DNA of 64,000 bases from assembly GCF_018977255.1 (NCBI RefSeq), contig NW_024704743.1, positions 93,312,001-93,376,000 on the forward strand, read 5' to 3'. The notes beneath the pieces are model-generated. The model was not told the origin of the DNA. It saw only the letters and a list, made by a program, of their open reading frames with translations, and made no database searches. Origin of the DNA: Callorhinchus milii. Its lineage: Eukaryota. The first letter of the stretch is position 1. Each line of letters opens with the position of its first letter. The position numbers were made by a program, and so were the translations under genes. Shown here one piece after another: positions 34,253 to 47,260 of this stretch.

Positions 34253-35179
34253 AATAATTACTGTCATTTCAAATGAACATCAGAAATGATAAAAGCAGCG
34301 CCTGGGCACAGATGTAATTAACTGTAAATATTGCTGCCTAAGATTTGCAATATCAAAATGGGCATCACAGATGTTGACAATGAAGTGCGAAATGGAACTG
34401 TAAGCAAAATGCTCTTAATGATATATTATGCATTTACATGAACAGGCCAATGAAATGGTGGGGGTGTATTTTCAAATATTGGAACACTTGTCCAAATATT
34501 TTCTTTTAGAGAGGAACTTGCCATCAAAAAGCACATATTAGAAATTTTGCTGCACATTATCAAGCTGTCCAAGGGGATGGAAAGCACAAGAGGCAACATC
34601 ATTGTCACAGATGATAAGATAGGAGATATACCTTGCTAAACACAACTTAACTCAACATGATAAAAGTAATTGGATGGTGAAACGTGCGATTTTTGATATG
34701 TTAATATCTATGATGCTAATTATCATTAAAATTGAAAAAAAGAATACTATATCCAACAATTAGAATTGCCCCTGCGCAAACCTTTCCTCTCCACGACCCC
34801 CTCATTCACCATGTACACATTTCGGTGGTCGCACCCAATAAATAGCCATGCTGCACATTGGGTTACTCATTAGCAAGACAACAGCTTTAGCAAACCAAAT
34901 ATCAGAGTAAAGCTGCTTCCCAATATGGATCACCACCAGCAAAATTTTGAATACAGAAAGCTACTATTCCATCAATGTACACATAGTGGCACGACTTGAT
35001 AAAATCTATTCTGCTCATTATTAACAAGAATTCTGTCTCATGCTCTCACAGCTTTATATGGTTTTCCCCAGTCTGAATTAATTACTAGATTGAAACAGTC
35101 ACTATTGGCAGTGCAGGTGTGTTATATATTCTCCCTAATTGTCAATGGTATATGTATTTATTTACATGATCACTGATTG

Positions 35180-35253
35180 TCCAGAGCCTTGGGACGCCCT
35201 CCCAACATGAAAGGTGCAATACAAATGTAATTTTGTTGTTGTTGTTGTTGTTG
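35180..35253 (+). mobile_element. Ultra-short L2 hairpin-plus-tail insertion
   Basis: CCAGAGCCTTGGGACGCCCTCCCAACATGAAAGGTG...(TTG)n. Confidence 0.85.
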
Positions 35254-35419
35254 ATCACACTGTAACAGGTAGTATAGTAGATAGAATTAATGGGCAAAAA
35301 AGTCACGAAATAAATTGGTTAAGAAGAAACGCTTCAAGACGTTATCCTACATGAAGAGCACTTTATAAATACAATAAGTTATTTTTGAAGCTTGTCAAAC
35401 AATAAAAACAGAGTTGATG

Positions 35420-35565
35420 AGCAGTCATAATTTGGCTCAGATTTGCTGAAAGCTTTTTCCTTATTTTTTTAAGGTTTATTCCCATCAAGGTGAATGAAAG
35501 TGCTCAGACAATGCTCAAGTTCTGGAAACCTCTGCCAATGTGAAACTGTCTGTTGCATTCGGTAG
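35420..35565. repeat. Local direct repeat, copy 1 (copy 2 at 37042-37206); possible L1 RT relic on minus strand
   Basis: First 39 nt identical, remainder diverged, both end at CATTCGGTAG. Confidence 0.85.
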
Positions 35566-36269
35566 TCAATTAAAAGTTAAGAAAGCTGCAAGTCAGTCAT
35601 AAGAAAGAACCCTAGGCAGCATGGAATGATACAACACAATTTGGTCCATTATGTTCTCTCCTTTCAGAGACTATGCAAAACTTAACATATTATAGACTTC
35701 ACTTCAGTTTTGCAATAGAAACTCTCTGATCCCAAAAGATAATTGAAATTTTTGTTTAAAAATATTCATCAAGATTCTCTTCAATCCTGATTATCCTTCC
35801 AATTATCCTTTCTCTGCTTCTCAGCAGGACAGATAACATTGTGTTCTTGGAATATTTGTTTTTCATGTTCTCTGCATATCCTTCAGCATCATTGCTAATT
35901 AGAAACTTTTTTTTATTTGAACTGTTAATGCATCAACTGTTTTTGTTTGGAATCTGAACCTCAGATATGCATAATGTCTTGGTGAAAAAACACATCTAAT
36001 GCTTAGCGCTGTTTGATTTTTTTAAAATCATATTAAAATTTGTTTTCCCTAGTTCTGTGATCATGATCAAATTCAATGAGCCACTTATGTCTACAACTAT
36101 CTATACCTTTGTTAATTATATAATCTGCATATGTCAGACAACCAGCTGACAAAAAAAATGAGGAAGTGAGAAGAAAATCAATGTGCTAGAGGAAGGAAAG
36201 GGAGTATAACTCTGGAGATGAGCTTAGATCTGGCCTGAAAATAGACTACCTTAAAACTGGATAATTTGG

Positions 36270-36560
36270 TGCTAACTTTCTCACCTGAGTCAGAACTGTG
36301 CAAGTTCAAAGCTGCATGTTGGGATTTTGAACTTATGGTGCTTGACTGTCATACTGCTGGGGTTGTGCTGCACTGTTGGAGGTGTCATTCTTTGGGCGAA
36401 ATGCTGTTAAAGATCCCATGGCACTATTCTGAAAGATAAGTTTCTTTTTGCCACTTTCACCTACAAAATACACACCAGCTGCACTTTACACTTTCCTGTG
36501 AAGCGCTTTGACCTTCCTCTGCATGTGAATAGTGCTATATCAAATATCAGATTATTATTT
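36270..36560 (+). mobile_element. Decayed SacSINE1-like DeuSINE
   Basis: CTGAGTCAGAA...TGCTGCACTGTTGGAGGTG...GTTAAAGATCCCATGGCACTATT. Confidence 0.8.
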
Positions 36561-36633
36561 AATCGAGACATAATTTATGTCTTGCCAACTTTAGATAATG
36601 TTTTCTTTAAACAATTGACATCATTTTTTAAAA

Positions 36634-36872
36634 TGAGTCCTGCAACTCAGTGGCTAGAGCATTCACCTCACAAGCAACAGACCTGGGTTTGATTCCTGAC
36701 GGGTCGAAAGTTTGGACAAGTTGGGCAAGTGGGACACTGCTGTGTGCAATTGGCTGCCGTGTTTCGCCCACAAATATACAGTCAATTCACTTTATAATAT
36801 TTTGTTTGAAGCACTTTGAGACGTCTGGAAGACGTGAAAAGCGCTATATCAAATGCAAGGATTATTATTATC
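36634..36872 (+). mobile_element. tRNA-Ala SINE with internal deletion
   Basis: Head joins the Deu core directly at TTGGGCAAGTGGGACAC; hairpin loop TGGAA. Confidence 0.9.
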
Positions 36873-37041
36873 ATGCACCGATTGCTAAAGATCCCATTAT
36901 AAAGATGTAATGAAAAGTTCGCTATTTTTTAGTGCTGGGCATACGAGAGACCCCATTATTTTCAGTGATTTAATGGAATATTGGAGCCAGGCCACAATTT
37001 CACTTTGCTATTTTGCAAACTGCAAGTAGAATGGCAATATT

Positions 37042-37206
37042 AGCAGTCATAATTTGGCTCAGATTTGCTGAAAGCTTTTTGCTTTTTTTNAATCATTTTG
37101 GTGAAGGCTTATTCCTATCAAGGTGAATGAGAGTGCTCAGAGAATGAAATATTCTCTAATTTCTTGAACTCTCTACCAATGTGAAATTGTCCTGTGCATT
37201 CGGTAG
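37042..37206. repeat. Local direct repeat, copy 2
   Basis: See 35420-35565; contains an ambiguous base (N) at 37090. Confidence 0.85.
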
Positions 37207-37244
37207 AAAAATTACCTTGATATAACAACTTGAAATTCTACTTC

Positions 37245-37560
37245 TAAAAGAGATTTGACAAAGTAGCATATCGGAGACTTCTTCACAAACTGATGACATT
37301 TGGTATCAGGGTAAGATATGGGCATGGATTTTAAATTAGCTGAGGGGAAGGAAGTAGAGAGTAGTTGTTAAGAGAACAGCATCAAAATGGGGGTGGGGAA
37401 GATATTAGGTGGGTGGCTCAAGGGTCTGTATTGATCCTGTTCTATGTATATATTGATGACCTAGATTCACAGACTTGGTGCAAAGTAGTTACATTTACAG
37501 ATGACACCAAGATGCAGGGGACGAGGGAGGAGGATTGTGGAATTAGAGTAGTCAGCAAAA
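37245..37560 (+). mobile_element. CR1 RT fragment
   Basis: FDKVAYRRLLHKL...QGSVL...YIDDLD...FTDDTK. Confidence 0.85.
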
Positions 37561-38064
37561 TCTAACAAAGGCAGCTTCATTCAATATGCACAATTGTATT
37601 TTATTAAACCTATCAAAGCATTTTGATCACAAGAGATAGCCCGTGTGATCTTATTTCTTCCAGAATACTAACCCTACCATCCATCCATTATAACATCAAG
37701 ATGTTTTTTAAATGAGTCTAAAATTCAGGCAACCAGAAATATACTAGAGGTGTGGCCTGACCAGAGCACTAGATTACTTACTTTTAAAAGAGCTGACACA
37801 GACACGATGGGCCGAATGGCTTCCTTCTGTGCTGTGTAATTCTAGGATTTTGTGAAATATTATTTGTGAACACCATCAAGGTCAATAAATGTATTAAGAA
37901 TGGGGGAAAAATAATCTTTACTTTTTTTGCATTTGATAGTGTCTTTCATGTCAGTGCTTTCATAATTTACTGTAATTGTAATTCTTTGTAAGTGCAATTA
38001 CTGTGTATTTGCGGGCAAATCCACTGGCCAATTTGTACATAGTAATGTCCTACAAACAGCTATG

Positions 38065-38385
38065 AAGTGAATGGAGCCCTAATGGGTAGAGTGGTGCTAG
38101 CTGGACAAGCAGTAGGAAAGCTTGCCGGAGTTTTAGCTGGTTCGACTCCAGCAGTACCCCAATGCACACTCTGGGGTCCCCAAGCCTTGGCTCTTGCCAA
38201 CCTGTGCCTAATACTGTTAGAAGGTTGCAGAGGTAAGGTAAGCAGGATGCATCACTGCAGGGAGAGAGTGCCCATTCCATTGGTCTGTTTCTGGGATTCC
38301 CACGTGTACTATCTAGAACCTCAGCATTGTTAATGTTAAAGTCTCACACCACAAACAGTGCATGTTGGATGTTGGTTGGCAAATT
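38065..38385. repeat. Unclassified interspersed repeat, copy 2
   Basis: CTAGCTGGACAAGCAGTAGGAAAGCTTGCC...CCCCAAGCCTTGGCTCTTGCCAACCTGTGCCTAATAC. Confidence 0.8.
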
Positions 38386-40194
38386 TCTAGTCTCTTTTGA
38401 GGTTAAAAAAATAACCCCAAGAAACAGTTGTTTAATTTGTTTGCCATCTCCTGTTCCCTTTTTTAATTTCCTTTGGGTCCCTTAGGGTTTAAATTTCTAC
38501 CCTAACTACCCTCTGTTAAAATATTGGAAACATTTTCTACTATTATGTTTTCCATCTGTTACGTTTTTCCTTTGCAAGTTCCTTGTTTTATCTTCTGTAT
38601 AGTCTGATTTTAACTATTGGTCACCCTTGCCCTTCGTCCTACAAGCATTGTTAATCTTTTTTCTTAATCTCCAGTTGAATTTTCCCGCTAATTAATTTTG
38701 GAGCACTTTTTTAAAAAATTGTAAGCATATCTCACATTTGGACCCTACTATCTACTCAACCTGACCAAGCCAATTCTAACAAACAGAAACCCTCCAGAAC
38801 TGGTAGTCTGCAGTGATTTCAGAAATGCTTCTGGAGGCTTAGACTACAGCTCACTGCAGGTTATTTGTTACATCCAACTGAAGCTTATTCCAATGGAATA
38901 GATGATCTCTAGATCCTTGTATTTTCAATTTTTTTTCTCAACAGGTTGTGAATCTTCTTGAACTGGCTCAGAAATATGCTATTGTCAGACAAGGAAATAT
39001 CAGCAGAAATGTTGTTTAGAATGTTTTATTTAAACAATTTCAAAAGTCTTTCATAGTGAAGAGAAAACATTATCAACAATATCAGCAAAGCAATGGCAGT
39101 GTTAGGGCATGTTATCAAACCTCTCTGAGTCTTTCAGCTGTGCGAAACACAGACCACATTATTTTCCCAAGAGATTACAAATGGACATTGCTCCATAACA
39201 TCCTTCTCAGTCCATTCAACACCAAATAAGAAAGAAAAGCTTTCCTTACAATTAAATAAAGGGAGGAATCAACAACAACATCTTACATTTATATAGCTCC
39301 CTTCACATAGGTTAACATTTGGAGAACTGAATTCACATGATTAGTTGGGAATAATAATAGGTGGGAATAACATAGAACCGTAGCAATCCTTAATGCAGTG
39401 GGAGACCATTCAACCCATTATATTAGTCTCTGTATAATATACCATTGTCACCGTTGGTTATGGAGTCCTAAGCAGTATAAATGATCCACTGAAGGTCAGT
39501 GCATATTAAAACATCTGGCAGACTAGTGCAGGAATACTATATAGTTAATGACTACTTAGAATTGTATTTGGCCTTCAGCAAACAGTTACTGATAGGATGA
39601 ATTACAACCACATTATTTCATTCATAGGTTACTTCACTTAGGAAAAGTTACTTAAGAGCACTTTCCTCTAATTTAGCACATGTACTAGCTTTAATCCATT
39701 CATTTTAAGAGGACTCGATTTATTTGTAAGTGCATGTCTAAGTGATTGCGTTTGCAAAGAAAAAATCTTTCCAAAATAGTTTTGACATTGACAGGTCTGA
39801 AGCAAACAAGTGCTCCATCAAAAAGTATTCCATTTTATAAGTTTCTTAAAGACACTTTGATTAGGACAAATCAATATTCGTGTTTTAATTAATTTCACAA
39901 ACACAGTTAAAGTTTACTGGGTAGCACATGTACAACTCTGTTAAGAGTGTGCTACCTCTGCATCTGAAAGAGATTGAAAATCCAACATCTAACATGCACT
40001 ATTTGACGTTTGAGACTTTTACATTAGCAAACAGTATCATGGAAAACATAAAGATTTACAGCACAGAAGAAAGCTCGGTTCTTTGCAAGAACAATCTATT
40101 CAATCCTATTAACCTTAACTTTCCCTACTGGAGTCTTGGAGCTGGTATTTTTTGTCTTTCTTGTAGAAATAATTAAAGTGTCTTTCCACTTAGC

Positions 40195-42353
40195 TTCAAA
40201 GGTGAAGATATTCAACTGGAAGAGGTCTAATTTCAGTGAGTTAAAAAGGGGCATAGCCAAGGTGGTCTGGAAAGAAAGATTGGCAGGTAAAATAGCTAAC
40301 GAGCAATGGGAAGCCTTTAAGGAGGAGATAGTTCGGGGACAGAACAAATACATTCCCACAAAGGGGAAAGGTAGGGCATCCAAACCTCCCTGAATGAATA
40401 AAGAAATTGAGATTAAAATAAAAGGCTTATGATAAATGTCAGGCCCAAAATACAGAAGATAATCAAATAGGACATAGAAAGTACAGAGGAGAACTGAAAT
40501 ATGAAATGAGGGACAAAGTGATTGTATGAGAAAAGATTAGCAGGTAACATAAAAGGGAACCCTAAGGTATTTTAGAAGCATATAAAGAATAAAAGATTAA
40601 TCAAAGGTAGGGTGGGTCCAATTAGGGACCAAAGAGGAAATCTTTTTGTGGAGGCAAAGAACATGGCTGACATACCGAATGAGTACTTTGCATCTGTCTT
40701 CATAAAAGATGAGGATGCAGCCGATGCCACAGTATCAGAGGAGAGAGTAGAGAAATTGGATAAGATAGGAATAAACAGAGAGGAGGTACTAAAAAGGTTG
40801 ACGGTGCTTGTAAGTCACTTGGTCCGGACAGGATGCATCCTAGGTTACTGAAGGAAATAAGGGCGGAAATAATGGAGGCTTTGGCCAAAAACCTTTAAAT
40901 CTTCCTTGGACACCAGTGGGGTGCCAGAGGACTGGAGGGTTGCAAATGTTACACCTCTGTACAAAAAGGAGCAGAAGGTTAAACCCAGGAGCTACAGGCC
41001 AGTCAGCCTAATGTCAGTAAAGGGGAAACTTCTAGAGACTATAATCCGGGACAAAATAAATTTTCACTTTGTAAAATATGGGTTAATAAGGGACAGCCAA
41101 CCCGGATTTGTTAAAGGCAAATCATGTCTAACAAGCCTGAGAGTTTTTTTGATGAAGTAACAGAGAGGGTGGATGAAGGTAGTGCAGTTGATGTAGTTTA
41201 TATGGATTTTCAAAAGGCATTTGATAAAGTGCCACATAAAAGACTTGTAAGCAAAATAGAAGCCCACAGTATTAAAAGGACAGTGGCAGCATAGATACAG
41301 AACTGGCTGGAAAGAGAAAGCAGAGAGTGGTGAACAGTTGTTTTTCTGACTGGAGTGAAGTGTGCAGTGGTGTCCTCACAGGGGTCAGTATTGGGACCAC
41401 TGCTGTTTTTGATCTATATAAATGACCTGGACTTGGGTGTAGGGAGTACAATTTCCAAGTTTGCAGATGATACTAAGCTCGGAAAAGTAGTAAACGGTGA
41501 GGAGGATAATAGCAGACTGCAAGAGGACATAGACAGACTGGTAAAATGGACAGACATGTGGCAGATGAAGTTTAATGTGGAGAAATGCGAAGCGATGCAT
41601 TTTGGGAGGAAGAACGAGGAAAGGCAATATAAGCTGATGGTACAATCTTAAAGGGGGTGAAGGAACAGAGGGATCTGGGGGTTCATACATGTAAATCTTT
41701 GAAGGTGGCAGGACAGGTAGATAAAGCTGTTTTAAAAAAAGCATATGGGATACGAGGCTTTATAAATAGAATACAAAAGTCAGGAAGTTATAATGAATCT
41801 TTATAAAACAATGGTTGAGCCTCAGCTAAAGACTGTGTTCAGTTCTGGGCACCACACTTCAGGAAGGATATCAACGCATTGGAGAAGGTGCAAAGGAGAT
41901 TTACCAGGATGGCACCAGGAATGAGGGACTTTATCAGGAGAGGCTAGAGAAGCTAGGATTATTCTCCTTGGAGCAGAGAAGGTTAAGCGGAGACCTAATA
42001 AAAGTTTTCAATATTATGAGAGGATTTGAAAGGGTGAACAAGGAGAAACTATTTCCACTGACGGGTGCATCTGTAACCCGAGGACACCAATTTAAAATGA
42101 TTATTAAAAGAAGAGGGGAGGTGAGGAGAATTTTTTTCACACAGTGAGCTGGTCGGATCTGGAATGCATTGCCTGAAAGGGTGGAGGAAGCTAATTCGAT
42201 AACAACGTTTTAGAGAGACGTAGGTCATTATTTGGGGAGGACAATTTTTCAGGGCTATAGAGAGAGAGTGGGGGAGTGAGATTGATTTGGCTATCTCTTT
42301 TCAAAGAGCCGGCACAGATGGGCTGAATGGCCTCCTTCTGTGTTATGATTCTA
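40195..42353 (+). mobile_element. CR1 LINE, 5'-truncated about 2.15 kb, disrupted RT
   Basis: VPEDWRVANVTPLYKK, YRPVSL, DFQKAFDKVPH, QGSVLGPLLFLIYINDLD, SKFADDTKL; 3' UTR GGGCTGAATGGCCTCCTTCTG; several stops and frameshifts. Confidence 0.97.
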
Positions 42354-43079
42354 ATATATAGCAGCTGAACATCTGCACCTGTTCCACACATTGTTGGTAA
42401 TCGAGTTTCACTTTATCATTGAGAATGGCATTGTTGAACCTCTTGCCTATTATTGTGCTAAATGTAACCTGCAATGCAAATTCTGTGACTATCTGAGCAT
42501 AGCTTACTCCCATCAATGCATATTTTTGACATAGTGCAAGTGAACACGGAATCTCTGGCCACACCTTAGATCTAGAAACTGTAAGGCCAGTGAATAAAGT
42601 GAGTGTATGGACTTTGACTGTTGCCATATGTACTTTTTCCAATCTCATTTTATTTCTTTGAGAAATCAATATAAATATACTTATACATTTATTGATTTAA
42701 GTGTTCTTGTTACTCCAAGATATTCCAGAGTTATCTTGGAGTAACTTTTTTCCCCATCGTCTCGAAGCTGCTGTGCCCAAAGATTCTTTACTCATTTGCA
42801 TTATCACCATTGTCATTAAGGGAACCGGTGCTGCTGTAGAAATGTCTGAGTAGGACATTTTGTCAGGCACTTGGTGGAAACATACAAATATAGTTCAGAA
42901 TGTCCTAAATATGTTACAGCAGGAAATAAAGGGCTTGAAACATGGCCAGGGGAATGTGATTCGAGTAGATGTCATCAATGAGGGAGCTAACACCAGCAAA
43001 GATGGACCAAATAGTCTATTTCTGTTCTGTAAACTTTCTGTGACTCTTAAACTGAATTTTATATTGTCTATAAGGATGC

Positions 43080-43187
43080 TTTTCGCCCACAAAATATACA
43101 GTCAATTCACTTTACAGTATATTCTGTGAAGTGCTTTGAGACATTACGAAGACGTGATAAGGCGCTAAATCAAATGCAAGGATTATT
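43080..43187 (+). mobile_element. tRNA-Ala SINE 3' fragment
   Basis: TTCGCCCACAAAATATACAGTCAATTCAC...GACGTGATAAGGCGCT. Confidence 0.85.
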
Positions 43188-43669
43188 TTAGTATGCTCTA
43201 TAATCAAATCTTTGCAACTCATTTGTTTTAATAATCACCTTTATTTTCCAGCAATCCAATTATTGCTTTCTTTCATTGTAGGAAATCCTTTTGCACAAAA
43301 CCAATCCAATCATTTCAAATCTTTACCTCCAACTTTGTCCCAGTTGTGATGTTCATACCTCTATTTTTTAAACTTCTGATGCCCATGTTTCATGTGTTTA
43401 CAGTTATTCTTAGCTTTATAAAATGCAGAGGTTCATTCTAATTGCCCACTTGCTGCATAAATTCTATTTTGCTTAAGCCCTTGACCTGTGCACCAGAGTT
43501 GAACTCTTTGTTATATGTTTGGTCACCACGTTGTTTCATGTTTCTCTTTATTGAATATCCACCCACTCTCCTTTGTATTCAAGCCTTAAATACAACATCG
43601 CCCCTAGCAACATGACCAATTGGTTTACTCAGGTCATATACCCTTTTCTTTCAATTAATTACTGACTGT

Positions 43670-43910
43670 TCACGTTGATGTTAAAGAAAAGAAGGTAGTT
43701 TCTCTGGGTATCCTGGCTAACAAAGCCCCAGAAAATATTGGTTATTCATTTCATGGCTGTTAGTGGTACATTGCTGTGTGAAAAACCGGCTGCCACATTC
43801 GCCTACCAAATACACAATCACTCCACTTTACCATTATATACTATGAAGTGCTTTGAGATGCCCTCCCAGTGTGCAAGGAACTGTATCAGATACAAGGATT
43901 ATTATTATAA
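43670..43910 (+). mobile_element. Old DeuSINE
   Basis: Deu core and tail. Confidence 0.75.
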
Positions 43911-44609
43911 TTTTGTATTATGTTAACTTCATTTTTTCTATCATATTCCAATACTCCACTAATATTATTTTGCTATGCAAAGTAACAATTTATCTCTCGA
44001 TGCAGCTGCAGTGCTATAGAATGGTAAAATATTGATTAAAGTACCAAATTGTTTTCAATTCAACAGTGTTCTGCTTTGCTATTTCAAGCAGTGTTAAGTT
44101 AAATGTGAAAGTTGTGAAACAATTACTTTCACATTAAAAGATCATGGAAACCTCACTAAAAAAAATTCGGTTAACATTCATTCCATGGGCTTCAATCAAT
44201 TTGAAGACAGAACACAAAGATTGATTTTCGCTTCCAACAAGCAGAGTTTATTGTAAGTTTCAACAACTTCTTTGTTATTCAAATGTACTGGATATCTAGC
44301 ATAGTGTAATTTATTTGCCAAGACACTGTTTAGTTTGTTACTATAATAGGATTACATTCCTGGGTAATCTTTTACACACTCCTTATACAAACTAAAACAA
44401 GGATATAATTAAGGAAAACTACAAATTCACTCCTTACCTAATTGGAGTTGGCGTAACATCTTTTGACTTGCCCTAATAAGAGAACACTTTTATTTTGAAA
44501 ATATATATTTATTTATAAATATAGTATTTAGTACACAGAAACCTAAAACAAACACAACATCTTTTGCTTAATTTTTTCCCCTTTTCTCCTGATACAAAAA
44601 AGTTATTTA

Positions 44610-45045
44610 CGGCACTGCTCTCGATCCCTATTCCTTGGAGCTCCTTCTCTAACCCAGCTGACAGCAGTCTGCTTTTAAACACAGGAAACTGACCTTAAGT
44701 GTTTGTTTTATGCATCAATGACCTGAATTTGCAGGTTCAGTGTAAGGTCACATTTGTAGGTGACATGAAGTTAGTGTGGGGGTATAACTGTGGAATCAGA
44801 GGCGACAGCTGAAGTCTTACAAAGAGAGCTTGATTTGAGATATACTTGGGCTGATAATTGGCAAATGTTTAATACAGATAAATGCAAGGTGATATATATA
44901 GGAAGTAAACATAAGAGGTACTTAGATTACATGAATGGAACTGGACTTGCCAAGGGGAAAACTGAAAGTCCTCAGAGTTTTAGTTGTTTCATCACAGACA
45001 TGATGGGCCGAATGGCCTCCTTTTGTGCTGTATTATTCTAGGATT
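44610..45045 (+). mobile_element. CR1 fragments (RT end and 3' tail)
   Basis: LQRELD...WADNWQMFNTDKCKV; GGGCCGAATGGCCTCC. Confidence 0.85.
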
Positions 45046-45125
45046 ATTGAAGCGCAGACAAACATAATAATAATCCTTGCATTTGATTATTGAAGCTCTT
45101 ATCGGCTCTTGAAGCGCAGACAAAC

Positions 45126-45310
45126 ATAATAATAATCCTTGCATTTAATATAGCGCTTTTCACATCATTGAGACATCTCAAAGTGCTTCACAGATTATAC
45201 TGTAAAGTGAATTGACTGTATATTTGTGGGCGAAACACCACAGCCAATTGCACACAGCAGTGTCCCATAAATAGTTGTGAATTGAGTGACTAAATTGTCA
45301 TTTTTTTTCC
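45126..45310 (-). mobile_element. tRNA-Ala SINE 3' half
   Basis: Tail, hairpin and Deu core on the minus strand. Confidence 0.9.
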
Positions 45311-45659
45311 CCCAAAGTACAGCAAGGATGGTTCTTCTCTGCATGTACAAGTGCTCATTTCTCTGAGCTGAAAGAAACAGAAGAGAATACATTTTTTTAG
45401 TATAATAAATAGAAGATAAACAAATATTGCCAAGGTCAGTCAAGTTGAGAAATAGGCAAATCACCAGGTCCTACCAGTTTACATCCAAGCATCCTGAGGG
45501 AAGCTGGGGTATAGAATTTGACAACAGTTGTCAAGAATTCTGTGGAAGATAAAATTAATAGAACGAATCGTAAGCAAAATAAACTATTATCTGTGTGAAA
45601 CTAACTTAATATATGAAATACCCACAGAGCTCATAACAAATGAAAAGTAAGAGGCAATT

Positions 45660-46630
45660 ATGGCACCTCACTTCAAAAAGTAGAAAGTCATAGGCCTGGA
45701 AATGTCCATTATTTACTGACTGCAGTTGTTGGTAAACTGCAGGAGTCTTCATAATACAGAATAAAATAGTCAGAGAAACACAAGCTAATCATATCAAATC
45801 AGCTTCTGAAAGGAACACTCATCCAGCCTTACACAATTCTTTGAAGAAATAGCATAGAGGATAGATAAAAGAAATGCAATGAATGTGGTTCATGTGGATT
45901 TCCAAAAAGCATTTGATGAGGTACAGTACCACATAAGAGGCTTATGGCAAAGATTATAGCTCATGGAATTAAGGGGAATGTGGCTGTAAGGATAGAGATG
46001 GTTGGAGAATAGGAATCAAAGAAAATAGGTAAACAGGGATTTTTTTTAACTAGAAAGATATGGGAGTGTTGTTCAAGAAGGGTCAGTGTTGTGGCCTCTT
46101 ATTTATTATATGCACAATGATCTCAATTCAGGAATGAAGGAAACAGTGTTGAGATTTGTTAAAGACACCAGATTGGGGCATAGCAAACAGACAAGAATTA
46201 AAAAAAATACATCAGAAAGACCAGCTAGCAGGATGGGTGAATAGGTGGTCAGATGCAGTCAACATCAAAAAATCAGAAGTAGTACATTTTAACACTAATA
46301 ACAATCCTTGCATTTGATATAAGACATTGCATGTCAGGAAGGTGTCTCAAAGCACTTCACAGGATTTAGTGTAAAATATAGTGTGTGTATTTTGTAGGAG
46401 AACAAGGCAGCCAATTTTGTAGTAAGAATACAGAATAGAAATACACTTTAACTGATAGAATTTTATATGGAGTAGAGGAGCAGAGGGAATTTTGTGTATA
46501 GATACACAGATCATTAAACACAGCAGCACGTCTAATAAATTGCATTTAAAAAATGTAATCCTTGGTTTTGTACCGAGAGTGATATAAAAAAAGCAAAGAA
46601 ATATAAGCTACAGCTGAAGTATTGTGTGAA
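45660..46630 (+). mobile_element. Old CR1 RT fragment with antisense SINE tail (about 46295-46415)
   Basis: VDFQKAFDEV...HKRLMAKI. Confidence 0.8.
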
Positions 46631-46769
46631 GGTATAAAATCAAAAACTAAACTCAGTTTCACAGATGTCAGGGAGTGAGAATACTGTCAGGTGTCCATTT
46701 CCCAAACAATTCATATCCAATGTCAATTACACTGTTAGTTACATGGGTTTGACAGTCGAATCTACAAAT

Positions 46770-47260
46770 CAAGACTGTTCAGACTTGCCTCCAGAGAGCA
46801 TCTAGTTTTGAGACATGAATCATGGTTGACCTGTTAAGACTCCTAATTGCATGTTCTGAGGCCTGATAGGTCTGCAGGAGTTTCATTTTCCTACATCCAT
46901 CTGTCATTCTCTGTGGTAGATCATAGAGGTATAGTACTAACACAACAGAGACATGTTCCTTTAATTCATGGCAGTGAGTGCCAAGCCCAGCAAGGCAATG
47001 AACGGTATGTAATCATGCACAGGAACGACATGAATGTCCAAACAGTTCTAGCTCCACATTATTCAGTGCTTAACTTCCCAAACATTTTACTTAACAGGTT
47101 CTCACAAACTTTTCCAATGTTATCCTACAAATCTGATGGATTTAGTTATGTTCCATTGACTGAAAATTACCTGCTCAGTTGTCCCAAAAACAGCATTTTA
47201 GAGTAGGCCATACAATGTTTCTGGGAATGTTGAAAGTGTTCCAGATTGTAAGTGAAACCA
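46770..47260 (-). pseudogene. Decayed RTE-clade LINE C-terminal fragment
   Basis: Minus strand ITLEKFVR, LELFGHSCR, IPFIALLG, WRQV resemble RTE IxWxDxVxN, LRWFGHVxR, LPKxxLxG, WR. Confidence 0.5.
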
